A stretch of DNA of 64,000 nucleotides from the human T2T-CHM13v2.0 reference genome, Homo sapiens (GCF_009914755.1 NC_060925.1), one strand, 5' to 3'. Counted from the first letter of the stretch, positions 1 to 13,084 are shown. Numbers and translations are program-made. Notes: generated by a model not told the origin, from the sequence alone.

Positions 1-400
1 TAATGTCTTTGGGAAAAGCATCAAGTTGTCTATTAGGCCTTTGCCCATCTCTTAAATTATTGATTCAAGTGTTTATGTTTTAAGGAGTAAATAATATAAT
101 CGTATAATAACATGATTAAAATATACTTTAGCTTTAGTTTTCTTAGTTCTTGTATATGTATAATCAGATGGAAATTGAGCTATTTCCATTATACTAATAA
201 AATCATTAAACACTTTCCCTCTATTATCTGGAGAGTTGGAAATAATTTTAAAAAGCATTATCTTGAACTCTAGTCATTGTTTAAATTCCCCAGTTTGTGT
301 CTGAAAAATGTAGCTCAAGTGTTTTAACAAAGCTTTTGGCCTTTTTTTTTTTTTAATAGAAAGACAATCTGAATCATGGTATTGTAGGCAAGTCTAAGCT

Positions 401-601
401 TTTTTTTTTTTTCTGAGTATTGTGGAAAGCTTCAATTAAATCCTTGGGTATGAATGGAAACCTTTGGTTAGAAAAAATATTTTTAACTAGTTAGGATGTC
501 ATTTTTTTTTCTGTGAGTATTGTGGAAAGCTTGAATTAAATCCTTGGATATAAATGGAAGACTTTGGTTAGGAAGAATATTTCTAACTGGTTAGGATATC
601 A
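401..601. repeat. Tandem duplication, 2 x 100-bp unit
   Basis: 421-500 and 521-600 align without gaps with 10/80 mismatches; both units begin with a T-run followed by GAGTATTGTGGAAAGC. Confidence 0.95.
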
Positions 602-699
602 ATTTAGAGCTATCAATGCACTAGAAATAGGCGGCCATTTTAGAAATATCAGTGCACTGTTTATCCTGGCACTGTCAATAATTAACAATGCAGCTCTGA

Positions 700-805
700 A
701 ATAAGGAACTTCATGTCTTTGTGACTTAGTTTTCCCATCTGTAAGTTGGAGATAAGAGTCTTTTTTTACGCCTACCTGGCATGGTCATTAGGAGTGTAAG
801 TTGAG
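700..805 (+). mobile_element. MIR fragment
   Basis: MIR-core-like CTTAGTTTTCCCATCTGTAAGTTGGAGATAA...CCTACCT. Confidence 0.55.
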
Positions 806-2048
806 CTTACACTGAGGGTTGAGTGCTTCCTGGAATGAAGGCTCCTTGGATACCAGCAGTGAGAAGAGGAAGGAAAGTCAATGAATGAATATAGAACCCA
901 CAGGGACTCAAATAGACACCAAGAGGATCAGGAGTCAGAGAATAGAGAAGATGTGGGCTCAAATTATACAGAACTTGCTGGAGAAAGGGATGCAAGGACA
1001 ACAGCAGCAGGTGATAGAATAACAGACGTGTAGGAGTTTAGGCATAAGAAGCTCCAAATATTCTGTCCTTGGCTTTAGTCAGGGACATTGTCAGTGTCAA
1101 CTATCAGGTACAAATGGGAGATTTCAGGGATGGAATGACAGGAAGAAACTGAGAAGTTGGGGGTGGAGAGTAGAAGAAAGAGGAGGAAAGAAATGCAAAA
1201 GGGAAGAAAACAGATATTTCTGGTATTCCCATTTTGTTTTCTGCAAGGGCTGCAGAATGACAGGAGGAAGAGAAGGAAGAAGGAGGAAAGAAGGCTTGCA
1301 TGGCTTGTGTGTATGAAGACCCTTTCAGGGAATGTTTTGACTCAAGAATCTGCTGAACATTTACTTGTAAGGAACAATGCAGCAAGAGAATATGTAATGG
1401 AGGACTGATTACATATTCAGTTTGGATGAGTGAAAGAAGTATATTTGCTGTAATCCAAATTCTGGAGCCAGGAACAAATGCGTTTTAGATCAGCAGAGAA
1501 GCTAATCTTAATTTTAACTTCAATTTAAGAAAAAGAAGATGAGAATTGCTAGACCTTTCTTGTTTGAAGACCTCATCGTCTGTCACCTCGACTGGTATAA
1601 TGTTTTCTCTTTCTGCTGCTAGTCACTTCTTGTAATTTATACTGGACATTGCTGTTAGTTATCTTAAAACACACACTAACACACACACATACAGAGACTA
1701 CTGACCATTGCTTAAAAGTATTTATTACCTATAGAATAAAGTCCAAATTCTCTGATGTAACATTGGTCCTTTTGGGCCTGTGACACCAGCCTGCCTTTCT
1801 AACCTCATCTCTTCCAACTCCCTTAATTACAGAAAGTTCAGTTTATTATCAATTTTCTCTCCCCACAGAATTTCTGGAACACTTGAGAACAGATCTGTTC
1901 TGAATGCCTCTTGTAGACACAATACCATCCAGTCCTAGGTTTCTGGTCTCCATGGGCCTGGGAACTACTGTTTAGTCCACTCCAGGATCATCTTCTATGG
2001 TCTTCAAATTAGTTTTACTTGGACTGCAGCTGCTGTTAGGTCTGAAGC

Positions 2049-2668
2049 TGTGAAAGGTTAGCAGAGATGTTACCCTGCCTGCAAGCTAACTAGTCATCCT
2101 ACCATAGTATCTATGTCTATCTATATCTATGTCTATATATCTATATCTATATCTATATCTGTATCTATATATCATCTATCAAGATCTCAAGATCAGGAAA
2201 CAGAGCAGCTTTTATTCACAGAGCAGCTTTCATCAGTTTCTCAAGCCCTAGTTCTCCACGGGGTAGTGCAGTGAGTGCTAGAGGTACCTGCATATTCGGA
2301 GGTTTGCACCACAGAGGAGGAACCCCCAAATTATGAAACTCAGAGTTTATGCAGGTGTCACTGACATATCTGTCCATCCTCCCCTCTAGGTGCTTACATA
2401 GAGTGAGAGGAAGGGAGGGTGGAAGAGAGACGTTTTTATTCTGAAATGTAAACAAATCCTCCCTAGAGAGAGGAGGACAAAATCTCTATTTCACCACCCC
2501 AGAATATAAACAAATAGCTCCAGGGAGATGAATCTCTACATCTTCCCAGAGGTATCTATCTTCAGGGTTGCTCTTCAATTATCCTTTAGTCCAGGTGCCA
2601 GTGCTCTTTGCTCAGAAAGCCTTGACTGTAGAAACATGAAACTATTTATGGAGCATTATTTCCCAACA
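2049..2668 (-). mobile_element. ERVL-type solo LTR (MER74/MER54-like), interrupted by a microsatellite
   Basis: Starts TGTGAAAGG..TTACCCTGCCTGCAAGCTAAC and ends TCCCAACA; clearly homologous to the copies at 52966 and 53668; family name from recall. Confidence 0.6.
2108..2180. repeat. (TATATC)n-type microsatellite
   Basis: Directly visible TATCTATATC repeats. Confidence 0.9.
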
Positions 2669-3675
2669 GCTGCCCTTCCTCACACCATTTCATTTCACTA
2701 CATCCTTATACCTTCTCTCGTCTCCCTTGGTGAAAGAAGAGACAAGGCTGTAACACTTAGGAAGATTTTAATGGAGGTTTGGAGGTAGTGGAAGGGAAGC
2801 ACAACACAGAAAATAATTTATAATTAGTTTTAGGGGTGACCACTTTCAGGACTCACAGAACCCACCCAGAAATAGGTCCACCCTATGGGGTTGCCTTCAG
2901 GTGGTCTCTGCCTAAATCACTGGGATAGAGTGGTTAAGCCCATCTGACCTCCTCCAGATAAGACTGTCCTGGATCAGAGTTACTGTGCTTGGAGAGCCTG
3001 GCATGCATACAGGGAAAGTTGAACTGTACAGTGGAGCATAATGGAGAATCATGCCTCAATTTCAGCTCAATATATGACGAGGGTCACCTTGTACATCAGG
3101 GAGGGAGGCAAAGATGCCTCAATAAATGGTTCTGAGACAATTTTTCATATTGAGGGAAATGAAAATGTGTCCTACTTCACATTGTAAGCAACATTTAGTT
3201 TGAGATAGGTTAACTATGTAAGTGTGAAAGGTAAAATCTATTCTCTATTTTGTAATTATTTATTAAGTCAGCCTCAGTACTAGACTGTGTTTCCTATTAC
3301 ATAGCATGTACTCATTACATAATGTTTGGAAATATGATGCAAGATTCAGGGGAGATGTCTTTCCATTTCTAGAGCTCTATAAAAAAAGTAACACTTTAAT
3401 ATTTTTCTACCGACTCAAATTTTAAATTTGTGATATTTCATATACAATTCCATTAGAATTTAAGATTAAAAAAGTCAAAGATATGAAAAGAGTTGAAATA
3501 GAAATATGGAAAATTTCAGGGAGAAGGTAGAATTCTAGTTTTTTTTCTAAAGAACTAAAACATTTTCATGAATAATTTTAGAATATTTAATACAATGTTT
3601 AAGGTAAGGCATCCTATATAACTTTCCAGCTTTTGTAACCCTAAGTTACTTCCAAATACTGTAAATTAGGATTTA

Positions 3676-3963
3676 GCAGGGCACGTTGGCTCATGCCTGT
3701 TATCCCAGTACTTTGGAAGGCCAAGGTAGGAGAATCGCTTGAGCTCATGAGTTTGAGACCAGCCTAGGCAAAATGTTGAGACTTTATATCTCTCTTTTTT
3801 TTTTTTAATTAGCCAGTCATGTAAGCATGCACTGTAGTCCTACCTACTTGGGAGGTTGAAGCAGGAGGATTGTTTTAGCCCAGGAGTTCAACGCTATAGT
3901 GAGCTATGATCACACCAGCTTGGGTGACAGAGTGAGACCCTGTCTTTAAAAAAAAAAAAAAAA
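3676..3963 (+). mobile_element. AluJ-type element
   Basis: Dimeric Alu with J-type TTGAGCCCAGGAGTTCAA/GCTATGATC features, an A-tail and a T-rich central linker. Confidence 0.9.
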
Positions 3964-4802
3964 GATGTGATATTCATTAAGTACTTATTGAGTGAATTGA
4001 ATGAATACATGTTAAAAAATTTTGGATACCAGCAAATTTAAATTCCTGTTTATCAAGTAATAATTATTTTTTGGTCCTGAGGTAGAAAATGAGGGCAATG
4101 ACACCAAACCTAATTAATAGTTTATTGCATTACAAAACAATGTCATATTTAAAACGAGGTTGGAATGCGTAGTGGGCATTATTTATTACTTTGCCTACTC
4201 AAACTCTTACCCAGCGCCTTGGCGGGGGGGAGGGGGCAGTGTTGGCAAAGATCATCTCCCTGCAAAGGAGCTGTGAACGCTCCTTAGCGGCTTGCTCAGT
4301 CTGCCTTGCAGTTAGAATACAGGCACATTGCCCAGTCTCCGCCACTCAGCAACCCTCATGTCAGGCTGTCTCAGCAGCCAGGATGATACAAGGCAAGCAG
4401 TTGGGCAGTTCTCACTGTGGTCATGGCAGAGACAGTGGCAGCAGTAAGGTCAGCCTCCTGAATGCAGAAGGGCACGTAGCTATGGAAACAGGGGCAGCAA
4501 CATGAAGTGGGTACTGAATTAGTGATGGTGGGATGTTCCCTCTCCTGAGGGGATCTTACTCCCAATCCACCCCATGATGGGTTTGTCCTAGGGCCTCCAA
4601 AAGAGAATCACATCTGAACATTGTCCAAAATAAGTATATTTTCCAAACTCTGTGTTATTCTCTTTTGAACAATACCATGTGTGCAATATTTTATTTCCAG
4701 TTCCTTTTTACAGTTTCTTGTCTGCTGGCAGTATATATCATCTTTCTTGAGTCTTCAGAGTCTTTGTTCGTAAATTTCCTATGAGCAAGTGCTTGAATTT
4801 CT

Positions 4803-4804
<2 letters not shown>

Positions 4805-4839
<35 letters not shown>
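4805..4839. repeat. (CA)n microsatellite, ~17 units
   Basis: Direct read. Confidence 0.97.
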
Positions 4840-4840
<1 letters not shown>

Positions 4841-5759
4841 CCCTCCGCAAAAACAAACAATAATGCAAAAACATAGGGCAGTTCCTATCCTTAAGACATT
4901 TATCTTAACAAACTGACTATATTTTCAGAGGCATAGCTCTGCTAGAAACACCTGTACTCAGGGTGGATGCTGCGTTGTTAAACAGTGGTAGGTTTTTTTT
5001 CCCCCAAAATGAAGGAGCAATTTGCCTCAAAGATTAATTCAATTCTCCATCTGTCAGGAGACAAAAGTACTTGCAGTTTTAAAGTGACAGTTTTTTCAGT
5101 TTCAGGCCATAGTATTAAAAGAAAAAAAAAATCTGACCAAAATTTCTTATAAAATGGGAAATAGAAAAAGTAAGATAAGTAGGACTTAGGGTGCGTGTAG
5201 TAATAGGGTGCTAATATGATGGATATATATCTCCTTTGGCCATGCAGACAACCTAACATCCAACATGCTTTATTTTCAGAAGATCTCATTAGGTGGCCGC
5301 CAGTAAGAAGCTGATCCATACCTTTGACTATGGAAATCGAGGAAAGCCAGTTATTTCTTCACTGTATCTATGGCAGCCAGAGCATGTGCACATGATTTCA
5401 GCTCCACCATTAGGAGACTCCTGCCTGGGATCTTGCCCCTTAAGCAGCAGATGTGGAGCTGTGAGGCTTAAAGGGATGGCTGTGGCAAGGTGTGGTCAGG
5501 GATTACACTCTGCAATTGGTTTCCAGAGCCCCTTTGTTTCCTACTTACATTTCAAACCTGCTCCTCTACATGGTAATTTCATCTATATGTAAAAGAATTG
5601 GAGTTCCTGTCTACTGCTTGCAACCAAGAATGCAGGCCAGAGAAAATGGTAAACTTTTTGAGTTATGTGATTGGAAACCCTATGACTCTGGTTATTGTTA
5701 GGCTCTGAGGGGGCCAATAAAGGGTACCTCTGTATTTTTTGCCCAAGTTCTGACCAATA

Positions 5760-5925
5760 TAATTTTACTTATTTATCTTGTTTGTCTCAACCTTAATATT
5801 AGTACCGTAACTCCATGAACACAAGGATTTTTTGTCTATTTTGTTCCAGCTGTGTCATCAGCATATAAGACAGTGCCTGGTTACAAATAGGCATTTAATA
5901 ATTATTTGCTGGTGGATGAGTGCAT
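5760..5925 (+). mobile_element. L2 3' end
   Basis: CTCCATGAACACAAGGA...ACAGTGCCTGG...ATTTGCTGGTGGATGAGTG resembles the L2 terminus. Confidence 0.65.
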
Positions 5926-6417
5926 ATGTCAGTGAATGGGCAAGGCATATGAAAATAAAAACATCAACTTCATTACAGATATAAGATTATATCCATGAGC
6001 TGAGTAAACTGATACACTCAGTTGTGAGCCTCCTTCCTCACGTGATAGAGAGCAGAGCAGTACACATTGTCTCCATAGGCAGACCAGCTGTCAAGAGAAA
6101 CAGGGAGGAGCAGCACTAACTCTGCTAGTTCATCACTCCCAAATCTACTTACTGATTAGGAGAAACAGTGAGTGAGGGGTCTGGCAGAGCCCAGGAGTGT
6201 TAGATAGTAAACTTTCCTCACAAAGTAAGTAAGGCCAGGAGCTAAGAATAAATGTCCCATGATAACAAGTGGTGATGTCCAGATTTACTGCTGTCTGGGC
6301 AAAGCTGAATGCAGTTACGTATCATAATGCTGTTCACATTTAGTAATGGATTAAGGTTTGGACTTCAAGCAAGAGAAAACTCTTTCCACTAATGTGGCTT
6401 TAAAACTTTCCTTCTAC

Positions 6418-7490
6418 TAAAAGCACAAGGAACAACCAAAAATATACATGCAAATTGGACTTCATCAAAATTAAAACTTGTATGCATTGAAAGACATCAT
6501 CAAGAAGGTGAAAAGACAACCCACAGAATGGGAGAAAATACTTGCAGGTAATATATCTGATAAAGGTCTACTGTTCGGAATATGTAAAGAACTCCTATAA
6601 CTCAACAACGAAAAAACAAAATCCAATAAAGAAGTGGGTCAATGATTTTAATAGACATTTCTCCAAAGAAGATATTCAAATGGCCAACAAGTACATTTAA
6701 AAATGGTTAATATCATTAGCTTCTCAGGAAATGCAAATCAAAACCACAGTGAAGTGCTCCTTCACACCCATTAGGATGGCTATAATATAATAAAACACAC
6801 ACACACAGAAAATAACAAGTGTTGACAAGGATGTGGAGAAATTGGAACTTCCACACATTGCTGATGGGAAAGTAAAATGGTTCAGCTGCTGTGGAGAACA
6901 GTTTGGTAGTCCCTCAAAAAGTTAAACACAGAGTTGCCATTCCACTCCTAGATATATACCTCAAAGAATTAAAAAACAGGTACTCAAATATACAAATGCA
7001 CATGAATGTTCATAACAGCATTACTCATAATAGCAAAAAGGTGGAAATAACTCCAAAAGTCCATCAGTGGATGAATGGATAAACACATTGTGGTATGCAC
7101 ATACAATGGGATACTCTTCAGATATAAAAGAAGTGAAATGCTGATACATGGTATGATGTGGATGAATCTCAAAACATAATGCTCAGTGAAAGAGGCCAAA
7201 CATAAAAGGTCGCATATTGGATGATTCCACTTATATAAAATATCCAGAATAGGTAAGTCCATAGAGAAAGAATGCAGATTGGTGGTGCCCGCAGCTGGGG
7301 CCAGGGGAGAATTGAATGTGACTGCTCCGTGGGTATGGATTTTTCTTTTGGAGTGATGAAAACATTTTGGAACTAGATAAAGGTGGCAATTGTGCACATT
7401 GTGAAGATGTTAAATGTCACTAGACTGTTCACTTTAAAATCATTAATTTTATGTTTTATGAATCTCACCTCCATAAAAATAACAACAAAA
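6418..7490 (+). mobile_element. L1MB-type LINE-1 3' fragment (decayed ORF2 end + 3'UTR)
   Basis: TTGGACTTCATCAAAATTAAAAC, AAGACAACCCACAGAATGGGAGAAAATA, GAAATGCAAATCAAAACCACA, L1MB-type 3'UTR and an A-rich end. Confidence 0.9.
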
Positions 7491-7626
7491 TCTCTCCCCA
7501 TTTTTGGCAGGATGCACAGAAGCACATGAATCTCTTGGGAGAAGTCAGCTACTAAAGGAAGACAGAAAAGGAACACAATGCTCAGATTAGAAAGATAGTG
7601 CTTTAGCACCACAGCCCCAAACTCAG

Positions 7627-8360
7627 ACATTCAACAGATGTTTATTGAGCACCTGTTATGTGCCAGGCTTATTCCATGTACTTGGGATACATCAGTGAAA
7701 AGAGCAGGCAAGACCCCTTCCTTGCATGAAATTTATGTTCTAATGGAATGAGACATATAATAAGAGAAAATGTGTATAGGACAGTCAAAGGTGTTAAGTG
7801 CTATAAAGAACAACAGCAAAAACAACTAAAAATGTAGAGCAGGAGTATTGGGGAGTTTGTAATCCCCAGATGACATCACCAGAGGGCTGAGTATAGATAC
7901 AGAAGTGAAGAGGACTGAGGACTAAGCCATGGAAGTACTCCAACATTAAAAGGACTGACAGAAAAACAGCTTCTGGCAGAAGAAACAGAGAAGGGGCCAC
8001 CAGTGAACGGCAGGACAGCCAGAGAAGTGGGGAGACCTGGAAATTCCAAAGGAAATCACAGATATGTAGTGTCACAGATAACATAGTGATCCGATTTACC
8101 AAACACTGCCGGATATTCAATTAGGCATGGACTGAGAATTGACTACTGGATTTATTAATGTGATGTTATTGAAGACCTCTACAAGACCAGTTTCAACTCT
8201 GTGGTAGGAACAAAATCCTGCTCAGGGGGGTTTAGGAGAAAGATTGGAGACATTGAATGTAGATAATGGTTTGGATGAATTTTGCTACAAAGTAGAGGGT
8301 GTAGCTGGCAAGTAAAGTGCTTTCAAGAGAAATTATTGGAAGATGGGAAAAATAAGAGCA
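7627..8360 (-). mobile_element. L2 fragment
   Basis: CATTCAACAGATGTTTATTGAGCACCTGTTATGTGCCAGG is the reverse complement of the L2 3' end; L2-like sequence continues downstream. Confidence 0.75.
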
Positions 8361-8674
8361 TATATGTAAAGCACACTAGAGAAGAGTGAAAATAAACTGT
8401 GAAACATTGAGATCTTCAAAACAATAGTGGCTAACTGTCTAAGTAAAGATTAAGACTGAGGATTAGTAAGGAGCACTTAAGCATCTTAGAACTGATTAGA
8501 CCATGTGGGACAAGAACAAGTCAGAGACGCTATGGGGGAATCCAGTGAGACCCATTCTACTCCCCTTAACCACATAGGCAAGAAGATGTGGGGAATTGTT
8601 ATCAGAATCCACTGCCTAAAAATGGTATATATATTCTTCATTTTAGCTGCTGACAATACAGTTTTGGGAGTGAT

Positions 8675-8810
8675 ACTAATCGTCTCTAAGCCTTGATTTC
8701 TTCAGCTATAAAATGTAGGTCATAATAAGGCACACCTCATGAGTACACTGGGCATGCAAAGCTCTTAGAAGAGTGTCAACATAGAGGAAATATTACCTGT
8801 TGTTATTATG
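8675..8810 (+). mobile_element. MIR fragment
   Basis: CTCTAAGCCTTGATTTCTTCAGCTATAAAATG core. Confidence 0.6.
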
Positions 8811-9162
8811 ATAACTTAGTCATTCTCAATTCATTTCTCATCTTTACAGAATCCTAAGTAACTCCTCTAATTATTGCTTTATGTACTTAGGCCTGATATT
8901 CAAAATATCTAACACCTGATTTATTACCTGCAGTGATAAACAAACAGAGTGCCACTAGCTATGGTTTTGAGGTCCCTGTGGATTCTACATGAATTTAGAA
9001 CAAAAATTCTGACTTTCAGAGTTGGCAAATCAGGTAAATAGCAGCCCTATAGAAATAGGTAGTAAGGGTACTTCTTTTTGCCTAGTTAACCTAGTTCTTC
9101 GAAAGCAGGGAAATTTAGCAGAAGTGGACATTTAAGGACAATAACAAATTTCCTGTACATCA

Positions 9163-9350
9163 GCGTGTGTGTGTGTGTGTGTGGGCGCGCGTGAGTGCAT
9201 ATGTGTGTGTGGGGGGGCGCGCGCGCGTGCATGTGTGGGCGCACGCGCGTGCGTGTGTGTGTCTGCGCGCGTGCGTGCGTGTGTGTGTGCGCGCGTGAGT
9301 GTGTCTGGGCATGCGTGTGTGTGCGCGCGCGTGCGTGCATGTGTGTGTGT
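9163..9350. repeat. Compound (GT)n/(GC)n alternating purine-pyrimidine tract
   Basis: ~190 bp of GT/GC/CA dinucleotides with very high CpG density. Confidence 0.95.
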
Positions 9351-10120
9351 TGGGGTATGGGTGCTGCTTTTCTCTACCTGCCTCTTCCGCCTACCTTCTT
9401 TCTTACTCCTCCACAGGGGACCTTCTGGAATTCTTATGATGTGGGGAATGCAGAAATCACCGTGTGAAAAGGTAGTGCATCTACTTGCCAGTTGGTCCTG
9501 TTCCAGCCTCCATCAGGAAGGCAGATACAGGACAGAAGCTCTTTCTCCTTTTCTCTTGGGCCTAAGTACACTAGCTATTTCTTAAAGGTTTTGTACTACT
9601 TAACCAATTGGAGGATAATAAGAGCTTAGGTAGCATTCTGAGAAAGCTTTTAGTGTAAGTGAAGTGTTCTGATTCTGTCTTTGCCTGATTTGAAATGATA
9701 TCTCGTTTCTCATTCTTTGTGTTTCATTGTTTAGATGTTTGTTTCATTCTTAGAATGTTTGTTTTTAGAGAAGAACTCATGGTTATAGGGCAATTGACAA
9801 GGCATACTTAGGGCATCTCTAGGTTCTCTAACACCATTAAAATATCATTCTAACTGCTAACAAATAGGATAAACTTTAAAACATAAGAGGAATGATTACA
9901 GTAAACGAAGTCTTTCTCCTCTTAAAAAATTACAGAAGTGTCAAAGAACATGCTTTAAAATTGGAGAGAAGTAATCAAGACGAAGAAAAAGTCACGGCAA
10001 CTTTAAGGAAAATAGTAGACATTTCTATAAGCCTATGCAGTCAGTGAAAATTATAGACAGGGAAAAAAGTTAAATAATTGTAAATAGGCAGGAAAATCTG
10101 AGAATAAATCAAAGTTATTA

Positions 10121-10487
<367 letters not shown>

Positions 10488-10652
10488 CTATTAGCACATA
10501 CAACAGAGATGATTGAAAGTTACAGATATATATTATAATGACTTTGTCCCTTTGCATTTTAGAGTTTTAGAAACAGAGATCTATAGTACTAAATCTTTTA
10601 GGAGTCTAACCATGTCTTATCTGGTGTATCTAAATGGACATGTACTATCAGT

Positions 10653-11060
10653 TGTCTTAGATTAAGTTCCCTGGAAAACAGACACTGAGACACTGAGATC
10701 CGTGTGCAAGAAGTAGCAGGGAGTGCTCTCAGAACAGTGCCTGTCAGGGAGTAAAGGAAGCAGGTTGGGACGAAGAAAGAAGTTGAACTTGAAGCAGTTG
10801 ACACAGAGGCTTCACCCCATTTTAAAGGGATGGAGCTGGTTTAACTCTATAGCGTTTTCCAGAATTAGGGCATGAGCCAAGGCAAGGCATCTGGGTTTGT
10901 GCACATACAAAGCAGTCGTTGGACGTGGACTTTCATTGTCAATGGGTTATCAGCCTGGATGAGGCAGCTCCTCCTGGCTCAGGGCAAGTCTCAGCTCTGA
11001 GTGGCCAGCAGACCATGGAATGGGTGCCTGCAGCCTGAAGTAGAAACCATGGCACCTACC
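10653..11060 (-). mobile_element. LTR16A-like ERVL LTR
   Basis: TGTCTTAG..TTCCCTGGAAAACAGACACTGAGA..GGGAGTGCTCTC..GAAGTTGAAC matches the recalled LTR16A antisense sequence. Confidence 0.65.
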
Positions 11061-11779
11061 ATATTAGTTTCTATAAAATACTTTCTCTTAGGTAGAAGAA
11101 TATTTCTTGATGTTATGTTTTTCTCCTAAAGAATGATATCTGTTAACATTAGGCAGTGAATCATGTTATACTGAAGGAGATCTTGTTACGGCTGTCTGAG
11201 AATAGTATAGAGAGGAAGAAAATAAGATTAAAAAAATTAAATTACCACTCTCCTTGGGCAGATTATCCTAATAGATATGTCTCTAAATATTCAATAATCT
11301 GTTATTTATTTTCCTATACCATTTGTAATAATTTACTATAATATCTGACCCAATGACCTGAAAGATTTCATGCAGCTCTGAATAAGCCTAGTTTTCACTA
11401 GGCAATGGCTTAGGCTTGATAATTGCAGTGCTAATGTTGGGATTGGTTTCCTTGGGACTCTCGGCCTTATCAATGAAAATGGAGGTGATGTGTGGTCTCT
11501 CATGTACACCTGTCAGTATCGTTATTCTATAGCTGTGAATAAAATAATGCTATATTCTGGAATATTTTGAATATATTTACCTGTCGATGATAAGAAGTGG
11601 GTTAAAGACAGGTAGATTATTAGAACTCATAAGAAATTAAAACAGCTGTTTAATTTCAAATCTGGCAAATCTCACAATGGTTTTCTTTCCTCAACAAAAT
11701 AGGAGAAAATCCAGTGGAGGATTGTGGTCCCATGTTAGCTTCTGCACAACATTCACATTGTGATTAGTCTGTCCTTCTG

Positions 11780-12360
11780 GGACTTTCCTCCCTCAGCTCT
11801 CAATACACCAGTTCCTTCCTGATTCTCCTTCTCCATTCTGGTGGCTTCTCCAGCCCCTGAGAGGGCTTTTCTTTCTCTCTGCACTTCTTATGCATAAATG
11901 TCTCCTGGCTTTGTTGTCATGTCTCTTCTTCACTCGTATTACACTGGTCCAGGGTGATGTAATCTATTTTTATAGCTTAAATCTACTGACATTTTGGTGA
12001 TGTCTAAATATGTTTCATCAAAGTTTCAGACCTATAAATCCAATTACCTTCTGGACATCGTCACTGCATGTTCTACAGACATCTCAATGTGAAAAAGGAC
12101 ATACAAACAAATAATATTATAATCCTCCATTATTCTCTACCTTGGTGGATATCAATACCATTTATGTGATAGTCCCAGCTGTTCAAGTAAGAAAACAAAA
12201 TTAACCTTGACTCCATCTCTCCCTCCACAAAGCTGTTATCTAATCAGTCTTCAGACACTGTTGATTCTATCTCCTTATTATCTCTTAAAACAATCCTCTC
12301 ACTATTTACACTGCTACTATTTCAGTTTTACCATTTCCACTACATTTCTGCACCAACTAC
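11780..12360 (+). mobile_element. L2 fragment
   Basis: Pyrimidine-rich L2 body motifs (TTCAGACCTATAAATCCAATTACCTTCTGGACATC...). Confidence 0.6.
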
Positions 12361-12779
12361 CATTTTTTTCATTGAAAGTGTGCCTTCTTTTGATAATTTT
12401 TAAGAAGATGAAACAAATATAATTCTCTTTACAGTTGATGGAAAAGTTTCATCGGAGGAAGAAATAGTTTTTATGGAAATAAGCCTTGGTATGCCTGCTT
12501 GGGGGCAGCAGAATCACACCAGGCCAGGGAGGCAGGAACCTGACATCAGAGCATGGATGTGAACACATTGTTCTGTCTGATAGAGAGGAAGCCTTTCACA
12601 GCTCTCAAGGCTATTCCAAGAAGTGTGGAAGTTTCAGTGGTACAATGGGACAAAGGAGACCAAGGAGCAAGAAATAAGTGAATGGCCAAAGTGAATGGCC
12701 AACGGGCATTTTGAAAAAAAAAAAAAAAAAATGCTTCCTATTGCCATCAATTTGCATCATGGGGATATAACCCTTTCTA

Positions 12780-12826
12780 TTAGATTGGTAATGGCAAAAA
12801 CCACAACTACTTTTGTGCTAACCTAA
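12780..12826. mobile_element. MADE1 (Hsmar1-derived MITE), internally deleted
   Basis: TA|TTAGATTGGT + AATGGCAAAAACCACAACTACTTTTGTGCTAACCTAA|TA: both termini and TA TSDs present, most of the left arm missing. Confidence 0.85.
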
Positions 12827-13084
12827 TACGTCTTCCCTAAGAAATCTTCAGTGTAGCTTTCAAAACAAAATGATCAAATATATAAAACAAAACAAAACAA
12901 AAATCCAAAAAACAAAAGACTTGGTATTAATAAAAAAAATTGTGTGTGTGTGTTTGAAACTGAAAGAGAAAACTGGACTTCCTTTTAGGATTGATGTTGA
13001 AAGAAATCAGAAGCTTCAGAGACTGAGGAGGCCAGGAAACAAAATGTCCCTGGACATTAGCGGAATTGCTGCAGGATTTTTTTC

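Noticed and set aside
9086-9585. ORFs with HT/AR/CV dipeptide repeats (84, 138 and 90 aa)
   Set aside because: They are translations of the dinucleotide tract, which cannot contain stop codons; not evidence of coding.
12676-12701. Short direct repeats (13-bp AAGTGAATGGCCA x2; also 20-bp x2 at 41341-41380 and 11-bp x2 near 55300) as a possible CRISPR-like array
   Set aside because: Only two copies each and no spacer series; ordinary slippage duplications in eukaryotic DNA.
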